NCBI GenBank assembly: GCA_028872915.1
Contig: JAGWNY010000007.1
Coordinates: 11,820 to 75,819, forward strand
Direction: 5' to 3'
Origin: Verrucomicrobiota bacterium
GTDB lineage: Bacteria > Verrucomicrobiota > Verrucomicrobiia > Limisphaerales > UBA11358
Length of the DNA: 64,000 nt
This document shows, piece by piece, positions 10,136 through 18,743 of the stretch. Numbering within the stretch: position 1 is the first letter of the stretch; each line of letters begins with the position of its first letter. The translations under genes and the position numbers were made by a program. The notes under the pieces were generated by a model. It searched no databases. It saw only the letters and a list, made by a program, of their open reading frames with translations, and was not told where the DNA came from.

Positions 10136-12962
10136 GTTGTGTCTCCGGGTCTGCGGCGGGTTTGGGCTTCAGGGGCAATTCCACGGTGAACTGGCAATTC
10201 CTGCCGGGTTCGCTTTTTACGGAGATGCGGCCTCCGGAACCTTGAAGAATGCGATAGCAGATGCTCAGGCCCAATCCCATGCCTTTTCCCACGTCCTTGG
10301 TGGTGAAAAAGGGATCAAATATTTTTTCCGCCAGCTTGGGATCAATGCCCGGCCCATTGTCGCGAACGACTATGAAACTGTTGCCGCCTTCCAGCCGCCC
10401 TTCAATCCAGATGGTTGGCTCGCCGTCCGTGAAGGTCTTTGTGCCAAGGGCGTCCACTGCATTTTGCAGCAAGTTGACCAGCACGTGGACGAGTTGGTTG
10501 CGGTTGACCCAGGCTGTCTGCCGCGGTTCGATATGGCGTTCGATCCGAATTTTGCCCTTCCATTCGCTCGACAGGAAGCGGAGGGCGGCGTCCACGGCGT
10601 TTTCCACCTCCACGGATTCCTCGCCGCCGCCCGGATGGGTGAACCTGCGCAAATCCGAGACTATGTCACGTACACGTTTGACGCCTTGTTCGACGTCGTC
10701 GAGAATTTCATCGTATTCGCTGCGGAATTCGGCGGGAAGCTCCTTGCTTTTGTTACGCAGGGCGAACAAGCCGGTGAGGGTGAAATTAAGGGGATTATTG
10801 ATTTCATGAATGATGCCGGCGCTCAGGCGGCCCAGCGAGGCTAATTTTTCGGACTGGACCAATTGCATTTCGGTTTCCTTGATTTGTTCGATGGCGGAGG
10901 TGAGCGCCCGGTTGCGGGTGGAAAGTTTGCGCTGGTAATCGTGGGTTTCAATAAGGTTTCGCACGCGCGCCTGGAGTTCATTGGAGGAAAAGGGCTTGGC
11001 CAGGAAGTCGTTGGCGCCGATGCGCAAGGCGTCGAATTTGGTTTCCTCATCGGCGCGGGCGGTGATCAGGATGATGGGGATGTTGACGGTGGCTTCACGG
11101 CGTCGCAATTCACGGCAGACCTCCAGGCCGTCCATTTCGGGCATCATCATATCCAGCAGGATAACGTCGGGCTGAAAATCCACCGCCTTGGCCGTGGCAT
11201 CGAGTCCATTGACGGCTTCCACGAGGTCGTATTTTTCTTCCAGCTCGGAGCGCAGATACCGGCGCATGTCCGGTTCATCGTCCGCAATCAGCACGGAGGG
11301 GCGGCGGCCGGTGATGGCCGGAGGCTTGGAACGTTCGCGGATGGCGGCCATGGCGGGGAACATCTCGGCGCGCCGATAAAGATTGGCAAGCCACTCATCG
11401 GAAAGGTCGGCACCATTGGCCGGCGCCGTCGCTGCCACGTCGCGTTTGGGTGGCATCTCCGCTTTTTTGAAAGGCAACCGCACTGTGAACTCCGCGCCCT
11501 GGCCCTCCCGGCTGGCCACCGCCGCCGTGCCGCCCATCATTTCGCACAGTTCCTTGACCAGGGCAAGGCCGATGCCCACACCTTGAAACTTTCGCTTCGA
11601 GGAAGTGTCCGCCTGCCAGAAACGGTCGAAAACGAACGGCTGCTGGTGTTCGGGAATGCCAGGGCCGGTGTCGGAAACGATGATCACCAATTCCTCCGCC
11701 CCCGTTCGAGTTGCCGGCGCCGTTGTTCCGTTGCCTGGCGGGGATGCGGGCAGGGCCGGCGCGGTGGAGGCCGCTTGTTTTTCGGCACGCAGCCGGACGA
11801 TGCCTTTTGCGGGCGTGAATTTGAGCGCGTTGAAGAGAAGGTTCAGCACGATTTTTTCGAGCTTGTCCTGGTCGGTCAGGACGGCTTTGAGCGCGGGGTC
11901 AACGAATGTTTCCAGGCGGATTTGCTTGTTTTCCGCCATGGGCCGCACAGCGCTGGCGAGGCCGCGGACGAATTCGTTCATGGCCAGCGGCTCGGCCTTG
12001 ACATCCATCCGGCCCGCTTCGAGGCGGATAAGTTCCAGGAGATCGTTGATCAATTTGAGGAGCCTCATGCCGTTGTTTTGCATCATCGCCAGTTCCTCCC
12101 GGACGTCTGGGTCAAGATGTTTGTCGAAACGCTGCAACAGGCGTTCCAGCGGCGAAAGCAGGAGGGTGAGCGGAGTGCGCATTTCATGGCTGATGTTCGC
12201 GAAAAACCGGCTTTTGAGGCGGTCCATTTCGACGAGTTTTTGGTTGGTGACCTCGAGGTCGCGTTTGTTCTGGTCCAATTGGTGGCGCAAGGCGAATTCG
12301 CTGAAACGGATGCGGTTGTAGAACCAGGAACCGGTCGCGATGAACAATCCCGTGACAGTGAGAAAATAAAGGTTATTGACGAGCGTGCCCTCAATGCTTC
12401 GCCTGTCGCAAAGGGCGCAGGCGACCAGGTAACTTCCAAGCGAAAAAAGAAAAACCAGAATGCTGTCGAAAAATGTCCACCGCAACAAAATGGCCGCCCC
12501 CAACATGACAAGATTCAGGCCGGCGTAGTAAGGCGAGTTGGCGCCGTTCGTCCGGTAAATCATCCAGGAAATGGACGCCAGAGGAAGAAAGGCGACCATG
12601 AAGCCGAGGAACCGGTAAATGCGCCGGCCAGCGCCGCTTTGAAGGGCAAACCAGACCAACGCCAAAAAGACGTCGCAGAACAGGCGCAATCGAATGAACT
12701 CGTCGAGATGCCGCGGATAAACGAAATAATCCAGCACCGTCCCGGCCGGCATGAAGATCAATGCCATAATGCATCCAAGCTTGTAATTGGCGATGCGGAT
12801 CAGTCTTTCATACTGGGCGAAAGCCACCTTGATTTCGTCGGCGAACTTGGTGGTGTAGGAAAGGCGCGTCAAGCGCGCCCACCCGGAGGTCGCCATCGCC
12901 CGGAGGGCCGGGATGCCGCGAGGCCCGAACTTTGCTGGATTGGCTGGGAAACCGTCAGGCAT
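10113..12962 (-). CDS. Polytopic hybrid sensor histidine kinase with HK-REC-HK architecture (two kinase cores)
   Basis: 949 aa with at least 6 predicted TM helices in residues ~60-215. Core 1: FFANISHEMRTPLT plus VSDTGPGIP...GVGIGLALV. Receiver: VLIADDEPDMRRYL...VILLDMMMPEMDG...LAKPF. Core 2: KLASLGRLSAGIIHEINNPLN plus VRDNGPGID...FDPFFTTK...GMGLGLS. Confidence 0.85.
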   Translation of the reverse strand: MPDGFPANPAKFGPRGIPALRAMATSGWARLTRLSYTTKFADEIKVAFAQYERLIRIANYKLGCIMALIFMPAGTVLDYFVYPRHLDEFIRLRLFCDVFLALVWFALQSGAGRRIYRFLGFMVAFLPLASISWMIYRTNGANSPYYAGLNLVMLGAAILLRWTFFDSILVFLFSLGSYLVACALCDRRSIEGTLVNNLYFLTVTGLFIATGSWFYNRIRFSEFALRHQLDQNKRDLEVTNQKLVEMDRLKSRFFANISHEMRTPLTLLLSPLERLLQRFDKHLDPDVREELAMMQNNGMRLLKLINDLLELIRLEAGRMDVKAEPLAMNEFVRGLASAVRPMAENKQIRLETFVDPALKAVLTDQDKLEKIVLNLLFNALKFTPAKGIVRLRAEKQAASTAPALPASPPGNGTTAPATRTGAEELVIIVSDTGPGIPEHQQPFVFDRFWQADTSSKRKFQGVGIGLALVKELCEMMGGTAAVASREGQGAEFTVRLPFKKAEMPPKRDVAATAPANGADLSDEWLANLYRRAEMFPAMAAIRERSKPPAITGRRPSVLIADDEPDMRRYLRSELEEKYDLVEAVNGLDATAKAVDFQPDVILLDMMMPEMDGLEVCRELRRREATVNIPIILITARADEETKFDALRIGANDFLAKPFSSNELQARVRNLIETHDYQRKLSTRNRALTSAIEQIKETEMQLVQSEKLASLGRLSAGIIHEINNPLNFTLTGLFALRNKSKELPAEFRSEYDEILDDVEQGVKRVRDIVSDLRRFTHPGGGEESVEVENAVDAALRFLSSEWKGKIRIERHIEPRQTAWVNRNQLVHVLVNLLQNAVDALGTKTFTDGEPTIWIEGRLEGGNSFIVVRDNGPGIDPKLAEKIFDPFFTTKDVGKGMGLGLSICYRILQGSGGRISVKSEPGRNCQFTVELPLKPKPAADPETQHGEPIRL

Positions 12963-14457
12963 TGTCAGGCTTTCTTATTTCAACAAGAATGTTCACCGCG
13001 TCACCTACGGCGCGGACATTGGATTCGGAACGCAGCCGTTCGGGAATCAGCATGGCAAGCTCCTCCGAGTTGCGATAAATCAGATGCCAATCCAGGACGT
13101 ATTCCATCCACCCCCGCGATGGGTTGTTGGAGTTGACGTTTGAAACCAGAACGAGGCCTCCGGGCGCGGCCAGTTCGTAAAAGAGTTCAATGAGCTTTTC
13201 GCAGACCGAATTCGCAAGATAGTCAAACAATCCGGCGCAATAGATGAAATCATAATGGCCCCGTTTAAACTCTGAATTATCCTTCAAAAACAGCATGACG
13301 GATTTCTTCGTGAGCCGGAACGCGCAATCACTGTCGTGTTGCCGGCATAATTTGCTCAACGTGTGGTCGGTGTAATGGATGGTTTCCTCGTTGAAATCCA
13401 GCAGCGAAAAATCCGTGTCGTCCGTGAAGGGAAAGCTGGCGATAAATCTCTGTACTTCCACCGCCGGGCCGCAGCCCAGGTTGAAGATGCGGGTGGGACG
13501 GCTGAAGGCGGCATGCTGTGAGACCTCCAGCTTAAGCCGTTCCGTGAGGGCGTCTATTCGGTGCCGATGCGCGACGACGGGCGATGTATTGAGAAAAAAC
13601 ACGTTTAGAAGCTTGGCGAACAGCGAATCGCCGGCCTGCGGCTCCCCCAGCATCATGTTTACCATCTCATAGTCGCCTGCGTATCCCAGTGGTTTTTCAA
13701 AAGTCCTGCGGATGAAGGGCGAACATAATACCAATGGGTGCAACATGCGCCGCGCGTAAATCGCGTGGCTGACATCCATTTCTGCGGCGTTTCGCGGCAA
13801 CGATTTTTCAAATTTCTCCACAAACGACCCCAGCACCGGAAGCACGGAGGGCAGTATTGTCTCCAATATCCGGCGTTCGTACATTGGACGAAAAGCGTCA
13901 CCTTGCGCCGCGACCTTCAGTTCAACCTTGTCCATCCACAATCGCAAGTCCTGCAGGAACAATTGCAGGTCCGCGACTGCCACCTTGAATTCCGGCGATA
14001 GCGGTGGCGCTTTTTGCCGCTCCTCCAGAAACCTTTTGACCTCGCCGCTGATTCCGCGCCGGTTGTCCAGCGCGATCAGCAGGTTCAAATCCGCCCAGTT
14101 CACCGGGTCCAATGTAGCTTCACAAACCAGTTTGGTGCCCGCGTCCACCACACTGTTGATGACGGCGCGGCCCGAGTAAATCTCGTCCTGTTGCATGAAT
14201 ATCCGCAGATCATCCAGTGCTTCCGACAGCCGGAGTACGGCCATCGGATTATACAACTCAAACACCACCCCGTTGCGCTGCAATCGGATTATGGTCCCCC
14301 GCAAGGCGGCGCCTTCCGAGGTTTGGAACAGAACGCAATTCCCATCCGCTCCCGCCTGATGAGGCGGCGGTCCTGGGGCCTTCTTTGGTGTGCTGGGTGT
14401 CAATGCCGACATACCATTTCCATCGCTTCTGCCGTTGCCATTGGAACTTCGGTCCAT
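12955..14457 (-). CDS. Class I SAM-dependent methyltransferase with a long N-terminal extension (PhcB-like by architecture and context)
   Basis: Motif I IFNLGCGPAVEV, post-I LLDFNEE, motif II YDFIYCAGLFDYL and motif III LAAPGGLVLVSNV all lie in the C-terminal third. About 330 aa of non-catalytic N-terminal region precede them. The stop overlaps the kinase start by 8 nt. The track start at 14508 is TTG; the first ATG is at 14455-14457. Confidence 0.7.
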   Translation of the reverse strand: MDRSSNGNGRSDGNGMSALTPSTPKKAPGPPPHQAGADGNCVLFQTSEGAALRGTIIRLQRNGVVFELYNPMAVLRLSEALDDLRIFMQQDEIYSGRAVINSVVDAGTKLVCEATLDPVNWADLNLLIALDNRRGISGEVKRFLEERQKAPPLSPEFKVAVADLQLFLQDLRLWMDKVELKVAAQGDAFRPMYERRILETILPSVLPVLGSFVEKFEKSLPRNAAEMDVSHAIYARRMLHPLVLCSPFIRRTFEKPLGYAGDYEMVNMMLGEPQAGDSLFAKLLNVFFLNTSPVVAHRHRIDALTERLKLEVSQHAAFSRPTRIFNLGCGPAVEVQRFIASFPFTDDTDFSLLDFNEETIHYTDHTLSKLCRQHDSDCAFRLTKKSVMLFLKDNSEFKRGHYDFIYCAGLFDYLANSVCEKLIELFYELAAPGGLVLVSNVNSNNPSRGWMEYVLDWHLIYRNSEELAMLIPERLRSESNVRAVGDAVNILVEIRKPDNA

Positions 14458-14634
14458 CACTGTCAGAATGAACGTTTTCCAAGCGAAAACAATGCCATTA
14501 TTGCCCAAAAACAGAATCCAATCCCCGGTCCGAAGATGTGTCGGCCGGCCATTTCATGTGCCATCCGAAGAGGTCCTTTCATCCCGCTCGGAATCATCCT
14601 GTAGCAACTTGGGACAGTGTCCCGGATGAAGGCG

Positions 14635-16173
14635 TCAACCCCGGTTTTGGCGTCCGTCTTCAATGGCCGGCTTGGGATGGGGGGGGAGCCGGTTGACAAG
14701 CGCGAGGAGCGTGACCGCTGAGGCGGTCTGGCGTTCAGCCTCTTCAATGCGCGCAAATTCTCCATACACTTCCGCGCGCAAGGAACCGTCTTGGCGCGGC
14801 AATTCCTGCCCCCCACCCATCCGCATGGCGCGCAGAACATGATGCGCCGTTATGGATTCAAGGGGACGGGCCGGCAGGCAGCCAGTTTCCGGCCGGGCAG
14901 TCTCGGTGACCAGGCGGGCGGCGATGAGCATTTGAAAAACCTGCTGTGCCAGCCGGGTGGGGATGTCCAGTTCCGCGGAAATTTCCTGGAGCGTTGCGGG
15001 CGGATCACCGCGTTGAAAACGTTGCGCGATGCACGTCATCAATCGCAACGCAATGAATTCGCGACCGCGTTGATTGACGTTTTCGACCAATTTCTCCTGC
15101 GCATAGACCCGGCGGTTTTGAAACGCATAGGCGACCTGAGCGCCGAACAGGAGAATCAGCCATGAAAAATAAAGGCCCACCATGAATACCGGCACCAGGC
15201 CCAGGCTGCCGTAAATTTTGCTGTTGGTCACGACGCGCGAGACGTAAAGAAAACCGAACACGTTGTTCAAGTGCCACAAAACGCCCCCTACCGCCCCGCC
15301 AATGAGAGCAGCCGCCGGCCGCACACGCGTATTGGGCACCAGCAAATACACCAGCGCAAACGCCAGCCACAGGACGATGAGCGGCAGCACGTCAAAGAGC
15401 AAACCGCCGGCGATCGGCGCTTGGCTCGCCAGCCAACGGGCAGCCTCCATGTGTGCCCCCCCGGCCAGTCCCAGAGCCGCAATCAGGAGCAGCGGCCCCA
15501 GCGTGATGACCGCCCAATAGAGGACGATGCGCCACAACCAACTGCGCCCGCGCGCCACACCCCAGATGTCGTTGAAGGTGGCCTCCACACCCGCCAGCAT
15601 CCGAATGGCGATGAACACCAGCACCACCATCCCCGTAACGCCCAGCGCGCCGCTGCGCGTGTTCTGGACAAAATGATGAATGTATTGCGCCGCCTCTTTT
15701 TGCGCCGTTTCGATGCGCCTGTTCCCAGCGGCCGGCGTTTGCCCGGGAGCCGGCGTCGGGCCGAAGGGCACGGCAATGGTCTGCGTGTTTGTCCGATTCA
15801 ACGGCACGGACAGGGACTGGCTCAAGTTCAGCGACACTTCCGCCCCGTTCGTTTCCAACCCTGCCGGCGGCATGACGTTGGAGACGAATTTGTCAATCAT
15901 CCCGTAAATTTTCTGCTCCCCTTCGCTTTTAAGCAGGCTGCTGGTGACGCTTATGGTCACGGCCAGGAGCGGAATCAGGGCCAGCAGCGTGGTGTAGGAC
16001 AACGCCGCCGCCCGAACCGGGCAGCGATTGCGCGCGAAACTTTTTCCCACCAACACCCAAAAATGGGCGAACCGGTCGAGCCGGGTCCATTCGCCTTCGG
16101 GCCATTCTTTTCCCGTGACCGCGCGGAGCCGCGCGGGAAATTTCGCCAGGCGTGAAAACAGCCTTTTTGCCAT
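14635..16173 (-). CDS. YihY/BrkB family inner membrane protein with a C-terminal winged-helix-like extension
   Basis: RCPVRAAALSYTTLLALIPLLAV and several TM helices are typical of YihY. The tail REFIALRLMTCIAQRF...ATLQEISAELDIPTRLAQQVFQMLIAARLV looks like an HTH. ATG at 16171-16173; the track start at 16215 is TTG and would overlap the murJ stop. Confidence 0.78.
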   Translation of the reverse strand: MAKRLFSRLAKFPARLRAVTGKEWPEGEWTRLDRFAHFWVLVGKSFARNRCPVRAAALSYTTLLALIPLLAVTISVTSSLLKSEGEQKIYGMIDKFVSNVMPPAGLETNGAEVSLNLSQSLSVPLNRTNTQTIAVPFGPTPAPGQTPAAGNRRIETAQKEAAQYIHHFVQNTRSGALGVTGMVVLVFIAIRMLAGVEATFNDIWGVARGRSWLWRIVLYWAVITLGPLLLIAALGLAGGAHMEAARWLASQAPIAGGLLFDVLPLIVLWLAFALVYLLVPNTRVRPAAALIGGAVGGVLWHLNNVFGFLYVSRVVTNSKIYGSLGLVPVFMVGLYFSWLILLFGAQVAYAFQNRRVYAQEKLVENVNQRGREFIALRLMTCIAQRFQRGDPPATLQEISAELDIPTRLAQQVFQMLIAARLVTETARPETGCLPARPLESITAHHVLRAMRMGGGQELPRQDGSLRAEVYGEFARIEEAERQTASAVTLLALVNRLPPHPKPAIEDGRQNRG

Positions 16174-16211
16174 ACGATTCGCTCGCACGCTAATCGGAGC
16201 CTCGCGGCAAG

Positions 16212-17783
16212 TCAATCGGCGGCGTGGCCAGTGGTTGCGCGTTTAAGCCGGGCCAGTGCGAAGGCAAACATCTCTGCCGCGGCCGGCACTTTGAACGCGA
16301 GCGCAATGGCCCCGTAAATTGCGCCGCCCAGGATGGACGGCACAAACACGGCGCCCATTCTCATGGCAATCCCATGATGGCCGAATTGACGTTCCCACAA
16401 TATCCATGCGCACCAGGCGGCCAGGCCGGCCGCTATTCCGGAAAAGGCGAGCACGGGAACCGATTTCTTGAATGGCGCCAATTCCAGGGGGCCCAGCCTT
16501 TTGTGGAGCGCAAAGAGCAAAAGTCCCGCGTTGCATGCGGATGTCACCGTGTTGGCAATGCCCAATCCCCCTTGCCGCAGCGGAAACACCAGCCCCCCGG
16601 CCAAAACGGCGTTCAGAACCAGGCAAAAAATGCTGATCTTCATCGGCGTCTTGATGTCCCCAAGCGCATAAAAGGCGCGCGCCAGAACATTGACGCTCGA
16701 ATAAGCTACCAGCGCCGGCGCGAGGCATTCCAGCGCGAACGATACCTCGCTGGTTGCGGCGGCCTTGAAACTGCCCCCTTGAAAGAGAAGCCGGATGATG
16801 GGCGTGGCAAGGACAAACAACAGGACGGACGAAATCCAGTTCACAAAAAGCAACGTGGCGAGGCCGCTCCGCACCGTGGACCGGAATTCTGAATGGTTTT
16901 TTTCGACCGCGAGACCGGCGAGCGTGGGTAGCATATAGGTGGCGAGCGAAATTCCGAACATCCCCTGCGGCAGTTCCATCAGGCGCACTGCGAAACCGAA
17001 TGATGACACGATGCCCGCGCCCACCCAGAACGCGAGGAATTGCACCACCGCAATGTTGATTTGGAACGCCGCCACCCCAATGGCGCCGGGTATCATGCGG
17101 CTCACCACCAGCCGCACCGTTTCATTGTTCCATGGCGAGACCCAGCGATAGCGGAATCCTTCGCGGAACAACACCGGCAGTTGAAACGCCGCCTGGGCCG
17201 CCCCGGCGGCCAGAACGCCAATTGCCAGTCCAAAAATTTGTTGCGGCAGCCCATGGCCCATCTGCGGCGCCAGCCAGAAGACCGACGCAATCATGACCAC
17301 GTTCAGCGCCGTGGCGCCCATCGCCGGAATAAAAAAATAGCCCCGCGCATTGAGCATCCCCATAAAAACCGCGGCCAGGCAGACCAACAGCATGTAGGGA
17401 AACATCACGCGCAACAGCCGCAACATCAGTTCCGTCCTCGGCTCGAATGCGTGCGCCGCCAACGCAACCGACACGCCCAACAATACAATGCCAACCACAG
17501 CCGACGCGCCAATGATCAGCGCCGAGATGACGCCATTCGCCGCCCGCCACATTGCCTGCTCGCCTTCCGTTTTCTCCTTCTCCTTGAAAATAGGGATGAA
17601 CGCCGCCGTCAACGCCCCTTCGCCCAGCAACCGGCGGAATAGATTAGGAATCTGGAAGGCCAGCAAAAAAGCGTCCGTGACCCAGCCCACCCCCATGAAC
17701 CGCGAATAGACCATCTCGCGGGCCAGCCCAAGCAACCGGCTCGTGAAAGTCGCCGCAGCCATCGCGCCGGAGGATTTGAGCAT
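16212..17783 (-). CDS. murJ: Lipid II flippase MurJ
   Basis: From the internal ATG (17781-17783): MLKSSGAMAAATFTSRLLGLAREMVYSRFMGVGWVTDAFLLAFQIPNLFRRLLGEGALTAAFIPIF, the canonical MurJ N-terminus, then ~14 TM helices. The 126-aa upstream extension in the track is not MurJ-like. Confidence 0.9.
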   Translation of the reverse strand: MLKSSGAMAAATFTSRLLGLAREMVYSRFMGVGWVTDAFLLAFQIPNLFRRLLGEGALTAAFIPIFKEKEKTEGEQAMWRAANGVISALIIGASAVVGIVLLGVSVALAAHAFEPRTELMLRLLRVMFPYMLLVCLAAVFMGMLNARGYFFIPAMGATALNVVMIASVFWLAPQMGHGLPQQIFGLAIGVLAAGAAQAAFQLPVLFREGFRYRWVSPWNNETVRLVVSRMIPGAIGVAAFQINIAVVQFLAFWVGAGIVSSFGFAVRLMELPQGMFGISLATYMLPTLAGLAVEKNHSEFRSTVRSGLATLLFVNWISSVLLFVLATPIIRLLFQGGSFKAAATSEVSFALECLAPALVAYSSVNVLARAFYALGDIKTPMKISIFCLVLNAVLAGGLVFPLRQGGLGIANTVTSACNAGLLLFALHKRLGPLELAPFKKSVPVLAFSGIAAGLAAWCAWILWERQFGHHGIAMRMGAVFVPSILGGAIYGAIALAFKVPAAAEMFAFALARLKRATTGHAAD

Positions 17784-17888
17784 TTGTGACACGCCCCACA
17801 AATTAAACGAATCCTTCCCCTCGAAAACGCAAAAAACCGCCAAACCGGCAGGCTTGCGCCACCATTGCTCTTTCACCACAATCACAGA

Positions 17889-18743
17889 ATGAACAACCCC
17901 GAAAGGCCGGCCATTTCCAAATGGCCATTTTTGCTGGCTCAGATTTTGTTGCTCGGTTTTGCCTGGCTTTTTGTCTGGCGCTCCGCGCATCCCATCCCGG
18001 GCTGGGAAATCGCCGTGTGTTTTGCCATCGCCGTGGCCGGGGCGGCCATCGGAGTGTGGCCGTATCTGTTGGATTATCATCTGATCGGCAGGGTGATTGA
18101 ACGCCAGGCACTCGGCGACGTGGCCGGGAAAATCCAAAATCTTGAAAAGCTGGCGGCGCAAATTTCATCCGCCACCAATCTGTGGTCCGGCGTGCAGGGC
18201 CACGCCGAACGTACCGCCAATGCCGCGAATGAAATTGCCGAACGAATGTCCAATGAAGTGCGGCAGTTTGCCGATTTCATGCAAAAAATGAATGACGGGG
18301 AAAAGGCAGCGTTGCGGCTGGAGACCGAAAAGCTCAGGCGGGGGGAAAGCGAGTTTCTCCAGGTCCTGGTGCGGATTTTGGACCATGTTTTCCTGCTGGA
18401 ATCGGCGGCGGCGCGTTCGGGACAGCCCAAGTTGGCCGAACAAATTTCGAATTTTCAAACCGCCTGCCGGGAAGCGGCCCGGCGCGTGGGCCTCATGCCT
18501 TTTGCCGCCGCGGTGGACGAACCCTTTGACGGCAAGCGCCACCAGTGCCTTGCCGGAGCCGCGGCCGCCGACGGCGCCGTGGTTGCCGAAACGATTGGCG
18601 CCGGTTACACGTTTCAGGGCCGCCTGCTGCGGCCGGCGTTGGTCAAGTTGCGTGGCGCTGCGCCGGACGGCGGGAATGCGACGCCGGAAGCGGGAGTCGA
18701 GGAAACGGCCGACGCTGAATCAGAAAAAGAAAACAGGGATTAA
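17889..18743 (+). CDS. Membrane-anchored protein with a GrpE-like C-terminal domain
   Basis: Two N-terminal TM helices (WPFLLAQILLLGFAWLFVW and WEIAVCFAIAVAGAAIGVWPYLL), then a coiled coil. The C-terminus GLMPFAAAVDEPFDGKRHQCL...VVAETIGAGYTFQGRLLRPALVKL matches the GrpE beta-domain pattern (FDP..H.A......V..GY....R..RPA.V.V). ATG at 17889; an alternative in-frame start is at 17865. Confidence 0.6.
   Translation: MNNPERPAISKWPFLLAQILLLGFAWLFVWRSAHPIPGWEIAVCFAIAVAGAAIGVWPYLLDYHLIGRVIERQALGDVAGKIQNLEKLAAQISSATNLWSGVQGHAERTANAANEIAERMSNEVRQFADFMQKMNDGEKAALRLETEKLRRGESEFLQVLVRILDHVFLLESAAARSGQPKLAEQISNFQTACREAARRVGLMPFAAAVDEPFDGKRHQCLAGAAAADGAVVAETIGAGYTFQGRLLRPALVKLRGAAPDGGNATPEAGVEETADAESEKENRD

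Noticed and set aside
16212-18161. N-terminal extensions of track ORFs. These include murJ to 18161, DUF58 from 23789, transglutaminase from 25015, clpP to 32472, the YbbR gene to 34453, YebC to 54400, the GAF kinase to 57854 and lptG to 58768.
   Set aside because: In each case the conserved family N-terminus starts at an internal ATG, which I verified in the DNA. The extension overlaps a neighbouring gene or is compositionally odd.
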